A DNA stretch of 64,000 nucleotides. Source: the human T2T-CHM13v2.0 reference genome, Homo sapiens. Made by a program: the position numbers and the translations under genes. Position 1 is the stretch's first letter, and each line of letters begins with the position of its first letter. Shown piece by piece: positions 52,401 to 64,000 of the stretch. The notes beneath the pieces are model-generated. The model had not been told where the DNA came from, did not search any database, and was given only the letters and a program-made list of their open reading frames with translations. The stretch is from the NCBI RefSeq assembly GCF_009914755.1, contig NC_060936.1, one strand, 5' to 3'.

Positions 52401-52648
52401 CAAAAATATCAAATGGACTTTCAAAAACATCGAATGGCGCCTATAAAATGGAGATCAAGGCACATGAAAGGATCTCTAGCACTCAGCAATCCTAACACTT
52501 CTATTAAATATGGAATAATTCTATACCTCTTGACCTCTATGATTGCAAAGCCATGTAAATGAGCTGTATACATAGTCATTTTCCTTAAACCAAGTGTTAA
52601 ATTATTTTTTAAGTCTCTCAGATGGCCTACCTCTGAACCCAGTAAAAA
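52401..52648 (-). pseudogene. Candidate pseudo-exon (cadherin EC-like)
   Basis: Acceptor ttctcacccctatttcag, donor TG|gtattt. Frames give FKENDY (D.ND-like) and IIEV...EVLGLLSARDP (A.D motif). Overlaps ORF 52421..52693. Confidence 0.5.
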
Positions 52649-53239
52649 CTGAAATAGGGGTGAGAAAATGCTGACCTCTTGAATTACATACAAAGTTGAA
52701 AATATTCTTAAGGCCCTACCAAGAAGTAGAGAATTACCATCTGAGTCTTGTATCCATCAGAACTCCAGTCTGGAGATGAGAGCTAATACATTGCCACATT
52801 AGATAAAACATATAGATAAAAATATGATGTAACATTTTTTTGAAGGATGAATGAACACAGGAATAGGCATTGTGGGAGCTCCAGGTAAGGGAATAGTGAC
52901 TTAATAGTAGCCAGGCACTGGGTATTACAAGAATTCCTCCTTCCTTCAAAGAGCTCATTGTCCAGTGAAGAGACAGTCATAAATACAATGAAAATACAGT
53001 ACCGTAAAAGCAGCTAACATTTATTGAACACATTCTATTTGCAAGCTATCATTTTTACTTAGATTATCTCTTTCAATCCTCACAACAAAACTACAAGATA
53101 GATACCGTTACTATCCTCATTCTACAGATATGGAAACAGGCTTAGAGACACAACTTGCACAAGGCTACTTGACCCACCTCTAACCGATTCAAGTGGCCCA
53201 TATTCATAACCACTGAGGCAGCTTTACTGCCACTTATAC

Positions 53240-54600
53240 CACTACTATAAACATACAGATGTTAAAATAAACATAGCAGGCACAATGGGACAGAGGGCCG
53301 ACTTGCCAGAGAGAGTCAGAAAAAGTTTCACAGAGTGTGCTCTGAAAATTAACAAGAATTTTCCAGACAGAGAAACAGAGGAGAAGCATTCCAGATTGGG
53401 GGCAAAAATATATGTGATAAAAAGAAGCATACACGGAAATAACAGAAACAACTGTTGTATTAGTTTCCTATGGCTGCTGTAACAAAATACCATAAACTTG
53501 TTACTTAAAACAACAGAAGCTATTGCAGTTCATAGTTTGGGATGCCAGAGTCTGAAATCAATATCGCTGGGCCAAAATCAAGGTGTTGGGTGGGTCACGC
53601 TCCCTCCAGAGGCTCTAGGGGAAATTTCATTCCTTGCCTTTTTTCAGCTTCTGGTGACTGCCAGTATCCCCTGGCTTGTAATCATATTGCACAATTTTTA
53701 AGTCTAGCATCTTGAAATTTCTCCATGTCTGTAAAGATCTCCCTCTGTCTCCTTCTTATAAGGATACATGTGATTGCACTTAGGGCCCACCTAGATAATC
53801 CAGGACAATCTCCCATCTCAAGATCCTTAACTTAATATCTGCAAAGACCCTTTTTCCAAGTAAGGTAACATTTACTGGTACCAAGAATTACATCTGATTT
53901 CTTTGGGGGCATTTTTCAGTCTATCACAACAGTGATAGGGGAGTCCATGTTGGTAGAATTGGAAAATACACAAAGGAGTAAAGGTCATGAGAAATGTGGC
54001 AGGTGGGAGGGGTAAAATAGAAGAAACTAAAAGAGGCTAGCAGGTCAGCAGGGACCAGATGATGATGACTAGATTGGCTACAGACATGTTTAAATTGTAT
54101 TCTGTAGGTGACAGGTAAAATTGACATGTTTTGATTTGCAGCATTATATTGTGATATTTGCCTGTTAGAAAAAAATCACTACAGAGTTAATAGTGAAGAG
54201 AGATCAGTAGAAGGCAAGAGATTATTGAAACCCTTAATAATTATTCAGGAATAAAAAGAAGAGATGGATAAGATATAAATTTGGCCATTATGGATGAAAT
54301 ATAGAGAAAAGAACAAGGAGAAATTTAGGATAACTCCTAAATTTACAGTTTTGGGCAACTGGGTGGATAGTGGGGATAACTGTGAATAGGAAATACCATA
54401 GGAGGTACTAAAGGCAAGGATGAACCTGGCTTTGGACATGCAAATCTAGAGGTGTCTGCATGGCATCCAAATTGAGATTCTGGTAGATAAATTGATATGA
54501 AAGTCTGGAGTACAAAAGGATTTAGAACTTAAATGTATACATCTAAATTTGAAAATTTAGAGATCTAGATTTAGGAATCACTGGCCATGAGTATAGTTGA
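53240..54600 (-). mobile_element. L2 LINE fragment
   Basis: L2-like purine-rich sequence (ttgggcaactgggtggatagtgg; ttggacatg). Confidence 0.65.
53456..53928 (-). mobile_element. MLT1D-like LTR inserted in an L2
   Basis: TG...CA ends; TSD actgt/acagt. Confidence 0.85.
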
Positions 54601-56213
54601 AAGTATCAAATAAGTCAGTGTTAGTAGAAACTGCTTTTATTGCTGGTCCCAGTGAGTTCCAAGGCAGTCTCTTCAGAATTTTTATGCTGCCATGAATGTT
54701 TCAATTTGTTCATTGGTGAATTTTAGCCACCTAGACTGTATCTAATTATCTCATTTTCTTTAGACACTGCCTGTACCATTTTGGAAAATTATCTTATTAA
54801 AGTCAGCTCAGAAAAAAAAATAGAGCATTTAGTGTTCTATTTACATGTGATTATACATACTCAGGGTCCTGGTGCTAGGGACCTCATAAATGCTGAAAAG
54901 AACTGTTAATCTTAAAAGGCTTTGGGAAAAAATTATTACTAATATTAACCCTCTAGGGAACTAATGATGAAAAATTACCCTACCCCAGTGGTCCTTAAAA
55001 CTTTTTCATCCCGTGACTACTCAAGCTCTACATCATTTCTTCTACAATACCACATCACATAACTGCAGGACTTTTATGCCGCTGCGAAGGGAAGAAAGAG
55101 ATTATCATCTTCATGAGACCACAGGGTACACTAAATAAATGTTGAAAACAGAGCACCAGGCAGTGACTGAGAAAAGCTACAGGAAGACTGCAGAGCCTGA
55201 GGCTTTGACAAGCAGGTGCTTCCGTGGTCATCAAATCACTATTCATAGACATGTCGTTCCAGGCCAGAGAATCCAGCTCTGAGAAACAATGCCTCAGCCA
55301 TTAGCTCCCAAAAGACATCAATCACGCCTGCCAAGACACACAGTTAGCTCAGGAGGGATTTCAAAACTTAACTGGGTCAAAAATTGCTTCTAAGCAGGTT
55401 TTCTTAATCTAATCTAAACTGCAACTTGAGAAAATAGAAGGAATTCTACCTCCTTCTAAACTGTGGTTCCTACCTACATCTCCAACACTATTTTTATCTC
55501 TTTTGTTTTCCAAGTACAAAATGTTTTGATCCAATGTAAATGAGCTATGTATTGCTTTCTATAAGACCTACAAATTCCTTCCTACCTTCTCACATCACTT
55601 ATTCTACCCAGAAAGTCTTCCCTTTCCTCCTTCTACTTTCAAAATACAAATTTCATAGAAATTTGCTGGGACCATGCCAGATAGTAGTCATAATGCATCT
55701 TCAATATTTCTGCCATAATTGTAAAATTTGGAACTCAGTAAATGCTGTCTTGCATATATTTGCTTTCTGTATATGTTATATGCCTCTAACAAGATTTTAA
55801 GTTCTGTGGATGGAGTCAGCATTTAATATCTTACTGGGATACCAGTGTCCAGTAGGTCTCAATAGATGAGGATGACAAAGACTCCAAAATATACATCAGC
55901 CTTTTATTTCTGCCTACGAAGATTTTAACAAATTTTTAACCTGTGTAAATTTTTCTAACTAAAATTTTCACCTCTTTCTTACCAATATAGTTTTGTTTTC
56001 ATATATGAGATTTCCTTACTATCTTTGCTTTAATAACTATTTTATCTCAAATTTTAACATTGCCTGGAAAAAAACAGATGACATTGTAGCTTTAGATTAA
56101 TTTTCAAAGTATCTGATTATTTTAATGTATCAAGAGAAAGCAGGAAGAGTAAGAGATTGCCTTTTGTGCTATTTTGCATATATAATTGGCTTTACACAAA
56201 AAATAATGCATCC

Positions 56214-56861
56214 TGTAAGGACAGAAAAGGTGTAAAATCTTTCTTCACTCATCATAAGGATCACGGTCAACACTCTTATAATAAAAGACAAGATAACAAG
56301 AGAAAAGCATAACAGGTTTATTTAATCAAAGTTTTGCATGACACAATACCCTTCAGAAATGAAGATTCAGAGACCCAAGGGACAACTGTCAATTTTTATA
56401 CTTAGATTCGATGAAGAATGGACAGTTGTGTAGAAATGAGATTGGACAGAAAGGGTATGACCTAATGGTAGACTGAGTGAGGAAACCTAGTAAGACCTCC
56501 TGTTCTTATTCTTCTTGAACTCTCTGTATAGCAGTTCTTGGTCCTAGGTATAGGTCCGGACCCCTTCTGAAATGAGTCTTGTGACCTACTATGAGACAAG
56601 GTAGACCAGAGTATTTCTTTGTGGCCAGCTCTTATACAAAAAGCTGGGAGAAAGTTAGGGTAATATTTCTAGGTTTTATGTCTGGCTTTAGGGGAGAGGG
56701 TTTCTAGTTTCTATGGCCTGCCTTGGGAGAGAAAGGGGAGCAGGCATAAAAAGGGCAGGAGAAGGTCAGAAAGATCTTGCTTCTGTGACCTTTTTCTTTA
56801 GTTCAACTTATTCAGCATGCTAAAGTGCCATACTTTGTGGTACCATTTTCTGAGCCCAACA
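56214..56861 (-). mobile_element. ERV1 3' LTR (MER39-like)
   Basis: Reverse strand starts tgttgggctcagaaaatggtacc and is preceded by the polypurine tract agatggggga. Confidence 0.8.
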
Positions 56862-57718
56862 TTCCCCCATCTGAAACTTCCCCAGAAAGTTTAACAGTAA
56901 AAAAATTGGGTTGTTGGATTGTCTCATAAGCCATCAAATCAGTCTTTCAGTCCTGAAAATATGTCTGTCCAATTAGACAAATAATGGTTGTGTCTAATTT
57001 GAGGAGGTGGTATTGCAGGTAGGCCTCCACCAAACTTAGTCCTCCATATGGTGTGAGTAATCAGATATTTAACAATAGTCATTTCTATAAAAACAAAAGA
57101 AAACAAAAGGTAATGTTTGAAGTAATCCATAAACTCATTCCTGAGTCCAGAGGGTATCCAATTGAGACAATTTCTAGATTTGGCCTCAAAGTATCTTCAG
57201 GTGAAGACAGTGCAGGCAGTGGCAATCTAACAGCTTTTTCTTGCTTTTAGTTTTCAAGTGAGCTTTCTGAGTAATCTATACAGCAACAGGCATGAAGGTT
57301 GTTCATACAAAAGCTGCTGTGGTGATTTCCCTGAAGTCTACATCAAGTCATCAAGCTTTGGCTAATTTTAGGGCTTCAGGAAAAGAACAGTTTTAATTTC
57401 AATGATATCAAGCCAGAAGGGTGGGAGAAAAATTAAAAATATTATTTTGGAGAGTTGTGGCCAGATATTAGAGGAAACTAGAAGAATTTCAGAATACAGC
57501 CCAGATTTCAGGTAGATATGGACCCTCAAAAACAATTAGTTAGAATCTAATAACAAGTGCACTATAGTTTTCATCTGACACATAATTTTTCTCTCTATAC
57601 ACACTTTCATTTCTAGTAAAGATACTCAAAGTAGACGGATTTGTTTGCAAAATAAGTTTAGTCTCCTTAAACTTCTCCTGATTATTTACATAAATCCAGC
57701 AAAAATATTTATTGACCA

Positions 57719-57871
<153 letters not shown>

Positions 57872-59172
57872 TAAGTTTGTTTTGCTGAAATTTTCAATTA
57901 GGAATCTCAGATTAGACTTTTAAAAGCTTCTTGAGGCTAGGAATCCAAGCCAAGGACTCACTGTCAAATTTCCCATAGTATCTATATAGTTTGGTGAATT
58001 CCTCTCTGCTCAAGGGGTCCAAAATATCCTGAGGTTTCAGGGCTGTCAGAAAGTGACATTCTTTAGCCATCTATAAGGCAACCATGTGAACTTTGTTCAA
58101 GAAACCATGCCAGTTATTGCAAAGCGGGCTTTATTGGCTCCATAATGTCAACCTTAGTTCCTCGATGTTGTCTGAAAATATGACATTCCAGTCAAAGCCT
58201 TGATAACATAGCCAGTGTTTCCAATTGTGTCATGTTACAAGGAGAACAAATTCTTACTGAAGTTACACAAATAATAATATTGCCATAAAATAAGAATCCT
58301 TACAAATAGTTTCTGAATTCTGGAGGGATACAGTAGAAAAAAAAAGTAAATGTTTTAATTCTGTTTACAAAGTTATACTTTACCAAATTGTTATAAGCTA
58401 TAGATGCCTTCAGAGAAAAAAAATCTTTAAATATAGAAAATAAACATTTAAAATAAGAACCAGAAAACTTTCAAATAAAAAGTCATGAAAACATTTCCTC
58501 ATCAGTTGATTCAGTCCTGTGTAATTAATTCTTATTATGTTTGATCTTGGTTAGCAGTCTCATTAAGTCATCTGTTTATTCATTAGAGTTGTGGAAATTC
58601 TTACCTAGTCCAATGATATGATCCCAAAGTTATCAGAAACCTGTACTTGTCAGAGTTATTTCCATCCTTTCCCTGAACTTTCTTGAAGACACAACACTTT
58701 ACAATTCTAGTTGCTTGCAAAAACTTTTCAGAAAGATCATCAGAATAAAGCAATTAACTATAGACAAGACTTAAAATGATCATGGTTAGAAATCTGTTAA
58801 GAGTTCATTATAAACAGCAAATGACAAGGAAATTTGGTGATTTCTGTGGCATACAACATTTTAACATAATAACCAAAAATTGTGAATAATAGCATATCAG
58901 ACTTCTAGGAATCTCATAATTTTTAAACACTCATATGAATAACATCCATAGATATAACTTACAGGTTTAGCATCCCTTATTACTTGACAATGCTTCCCAT
59001 ATAATTTAGCATATCAAATAAGCCAACTGGCTTATTTGAGGCCAACTGGAAAATCTCAAAGTTAATTTGGGTCAAAAAGACTTAATTTAGAATTTAATTT
59101 TGAGAACTTTGTCAAAAATGTCAAAAGCTTTAAAACACTTGGTTAAATATTATCTTGGATATTTATTAATCA

Positions 59173-59512
<340 letters not shown>

Positions 59513-59858
59513 AATTGTTTAAGACAAATAGAGAAGGTTACATACTTGTGAACAAAAACTGAGCTCTTTTAATAGAAAACTCAGTTTTCTTAAGTAATCA
59601 AAGACTAATATGTGACCACATGAAATAAACTACATTAATAAAACACAAAATTGTTTCCTAGGCCAATTACATAAAAGGAATAAAAACTGTCACATTCTCA
59701 GACCAAAATACTCCAAGAAACTTTTGTCATTTTAACAGGGAAGACCAAATTGTACTTTTGCTTCAGTGTACTCTTAACACTAAAGGTAATTTTAAATAAA
59801 TTTTAAATAAATATATACAATCTCAGTCAGCTTTGACCACACAACATTTTCATAAACA

Positions 59859-60937
59859 TTTTTTAAACTTTTAAAAATTGATACAGAATTATGCATACTT
59901 ATGGAGTGTACATTGCATATATACAATGCAACATAATCAAATTAGGATAATTAGCATATACATTATCCTCAGATACTTATCATTTGTTTGCAGTGAAAAC
60001 ATTAAAAATCCTCCCTTCTAGCTATTTTCAAATATATAATATATTATTGTTAACTACAATCATTCTACTGTGCAATGGAATACTGGAAATTATTCATCCT
60101 ATCTAGTTGTAACTTTGAACCCACTGACCAACCTCTCCTCATTTTCCTCTCCCCTCTACCCTTCCCAACCTCTGGTAACAACTATTCCACTCTCTAGTTC
60201 TATGAGATCAACTTTTTTAGCTCCCACATATGAGTGAGAATATGTAGCATTTGTCTTTCTGTGTCTGGCTTATTTCACATAACATAATGTTTTCCAGCCT
60301 CATCCATGTTGCTAGAAATGACAGGATTGTATTCTTTTTTATAGTTGAACAGAATTAATTGTGTAAATATGCCAAATATTTTCTAAATCCATTCATCCAT
60401 TGATTGACATTTCAGTTGATTCAATGTCTTGGCTTTTGTGAATACTGCTATAATAAGCACAAGTGTGCAGTTATTTTTTTGACACACTGACTTCATTTAA
60501 TCTGAATATATACCCTGTAGTAAGATTCCTGAATAATATGGTAGCTCTATTTTTAATTTTTTGATGGAATTCCATGCCAATTTCCATAGTGGTTGTGCTA
60601 TTTTACATTCCCATCAACAGTGTATAAGAGTTCCCCTTTCTTCATGTCCTCACCAGCATTTGTTATTTTTGTCTTTTTGATAATAACCATTCTAATTACT
60701 GTGATGTGATATTTCATCGTGGTTTCTATTTACATTTCTCTGGTAATTAGTGATGTTGAGCATTTTTCCATATACTTCTTGGCCATTTATATGTCTTCCT
60801 TTGAGAAATGTCTATTCAGATCTTTCACCCATTTTTTTTAGTGAAATTATATGCTTTTTTCCTATTGAGTTGTCTGGTTTCCTTATATATTCTCATTATT
60901 AACCCCTTGTCAGATGCATAGTTTACAAATGTTTTTT
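59859..60937 (-). mobile_element. L1MA 3' portion within the ERV
   Basis: Antisense L1 3'UTR and end of ORF2. Confidence 0.88.
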
Positions 60938-63900
60938 GGTATAACATAAGCATTTTTCCTATTTTTTAACAAAAATGTGTTCTTTATTCATTATGAAACA
61001 TTTTACTTCCTCACATAGAGTTGTTTCCTTTATAATTTCTAGTATTTTAATTACATGTATTAACTATAATTTATAACTTTTAGTAACTTAATTTCTAGTT
61101 AAAAGTAGCAAACTTTGTGAACTGTCTCATATTAGTACAAATGATTTCATTATTTCTAGAGACATGCATTTCCTCAATTTTTTACATTTATTAATAGATC
61201 CAAATATATTTAGCTTCTCTATATCTTATAAAAAGAAGACGCCAAAGTACATAAACTTATGAATAATCATATATGTTTTCATATTTTAACTTACTTAGAA
61301 ATAACTCAGACAATTAATGAGTATCTCTATTACTTAATTTCACTATAAGGTTTCAAGTTACCAAAAAGAATTTTTAAACTATGACAAGTTCATTTATAAA
61401 CATTTATCTCATTCACATTTACCTAACTGTATTCATTCTTAACAGTTATGTTTAAATTGATCATGGGAAACAGGCTATTCATCATCTTATCTTTTTGTTC
61501 TTTTAAAAAACAAAACCAAACTAACCCTACATTTGCCAGCCTTGTCCTAACCAAAGCCTCTGAAACACTGGACACAGATACCCTCCCCATTGTTCACCCC
61601 AGCCATCCTGGGTCCTAAACATCCACTCAGCACCCAGAAGGCTACAAAAGGCAAGGTCCATATGGATGGTACAGAGCTCAGGACAGAGGACAGGAAACAG
61701 ACAGCTGTGAAGACAATGCCTGGAGTACTTGACTGCTCCCAGGATGGCCAAGAAGCAGAGTTAGGCCAGGGAGGATGGGGCCATACTGGGCTTGGCCCTC
61801 CCCTGTGGTTGACTGGCAGCCTAGGCGCTGCAGAAACACACATGTCCTAGACTTCACCATAGCCTCCTTCCCAGACCCCAGAATCCAGAGGCTCAAAACT
61901 AAATACATAGGCTCACAAGATGTACACAAGGCTTTATGGGAGCCTAGCAGTCATTCCCCCTAGCTTTGACCTACCAATAAGTCAGGCAAGTATCAAAAAT
62001 ATCAAAGAAGCTAAAAGTTAAAAGTTAAATGTAGTTTTTCCTTTTTTTTTTTCCCCCATGACTCATATACATTTTAGCAATCCATATTTACTGTGCATTC
62101 TACTCTGAGGTTGGATTTAAAGTATTATGACCTTAAACACCTAGCAGAGGTAACATACCTGTTTGATCAGCAAACACAGGCAAAAATGTCTATATTATAT
62201 TTAATGACATAATCATACAGAAAGAAGCAGATCCTACACCTTTAACTTTAAGCCACATGCCAGGTCCAATAATTCAAGACTCACTAGCTGGATTTGGCGG
62301 GACACGTTACCTGCTCCAGATGGCTAGAGCTTTTTACCAATTTGTATGGAGAAGGCTTCTGAGACTTTTCATGGGACCAGTTTCTAAACATTTTTTTCTT
62401 TCTGATGACAGTCATCTCCCTGAATTTTGTATTTCCAGAAGATAAATATCAAGTTCTAGAGAAGTCAGGATAGGAAATTTACATCTCAAAAGCACAGAGA
62501 AAGAATGCAAGTTTTTTCATGTAGTTTGAGGAATGTTCACCTATTAACAGAGATCAGTCTTATAAAGGATGTGGACTAGATTTTAGGCTGGTAACTGAGG
62601 ATCTAGTGTATGAATGTCTTCAAAGCCCCCTATGAGTGGTACAAAAAGTACATAAATGAGCCTAGGCAAAAATTCAGGAGTCCATTCAAAATAACCAGCT
62701 GATCCCATTATTACATTGGGTTTTGGGTCTCTTAGAGCTGAGGTAAAAGCCTAAGAGGACAACATCCCATAGTTGGGTCATACAACATTTTCACAATGTA
62801 CCTTGTTGCATGGGCATTTTCTTGAGGCTAGTGTGTAACCTAATGTCAATTAGCCCATTTTGTGTCCCGCTTATCCTAACTCAGGAGTCTCTGTCTTTGT
62901 GTGCATGTGTGTGGTAAGCACTCTAGTAGCTTTCAAGTGCGCAAACCATGCACACCATCAAATTGTGGCTTTGGCTCCGAAATTCCTTTGACCAACTTAG
63001 CCAATGATTTTCCCATTCTGTCTGACCCAGTCAAACACCTGAGGCTTCTCTTATGTGAGGGCACAAGAAACAAAGAGGATGGAAACAAGATATAATACCT
63101 GTGAATTTGGAAAACTGGAGTTCACATCCCCTATAGCAAAAACCACTTACAAACCACTTACAGCAACCGCTGTCTGTTGTATTGAAAACTGCAGCTCTAC
63201 CCAGTAACTGGTCAACCACCATGAATCCAAAAGTCAAATGCCTTCTCACAGCACAAACTAACCCTTGGTACCCCAAATGCCAAAGATATCAGGGAGCTCA
63301 ATGCCAAAGAGAACAGAGGTCCAGATGTGAGAAGGACTAACTCATGACTCTTAGGGAAGACACAGGACCAAATGAGGAAGACAGAGGACCACAAAAAGGA
63401 GGTCAGGGGCACCTTTCCTGTGTTTTTCAAGGGGTCTCAGAGTCTTTAGAGGTCTCCTTCCGGTCCCTATGTATGATTACCAGAATGCTGATGTTTTCTC
63501 TTAGTAATTTTTTATCTGCTGACCAACAAATGGAGGAGGGAAGGAGTTGAAGGCCCACTCAAGGAAACTGAAGGGAAGATAGACGGTGGCACAAGGAGGA
63601 TACAGGAGCAGAAGAAATGGAAAGAAGAGGTTTAGAGGAGTCAATCTGGGGAGATCTTAAGTTCACCAAAAAGGCCAATAAAGTTCCACATTGTCCTCAA
63701 CAAAAATCACACTAACAAGGAAGGAAGTAAACAGAAAAACAGAATATGTAGTTAGCAGGAGTTTGAGAAAAGGAGTTTCAGTTGACTGTGAAGTTCCCAT
63801 GGGAGAAGCAGGATCCAACAGAGAAACTCAGACACCTTAGAAAAAGCCTGAATATCAGCTTCCACTTAAATTGACTTTTCACCATACAGCCTTTTAAAAA

Positions 63901-64000
63901 AATCCTTTCAAATGTCTTATTATCAGATTTCAGCCAGGACAAACAACAAATAATTCTGATTTTTTTCCTTTTCCTTTTAAACCAAAGGAAGGTATCCATC

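Overview
Human genomic DNA (a human-specific AluYb8 is present), AT-rich and mostly interspersed repeats: L1, L2, L3/CR1, MIR, Alu, THE1/MST/MLT1 MaLRs, Tigger1, MER DNA transposons, ERV LTRs, and an ERV1-class provirus running off the right end. I found no intact protein-coding gene; most ORFs in the track are repeat-derived. The main unexplained signal is in the non-repetitive islands between repeats. On the minus strand, about 14-15 AG...GT-bounded segments lie between ~52,650 and ~2,700. Allowing frameshifts, they repeatedly give degenerate cadherin-repeat motifs (V.EN/EE.P, A.D.D.G.NG...YSL, LD.E-like, V.A.D.G.P..SS...V, D.ND-like). These are followed by a hydrophobic helix with a basic stop-transfer segment and a short tail. 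The simplest reading is a heavily decayed, intron-containing (unitary-type) pseudogene of a large cadherin-superfamily membrane protein. I cannot name it from sequence alone. Repeat subfamily calls are from recognition of consensus-like motifs, not from a search, and many boundaries are approximate.
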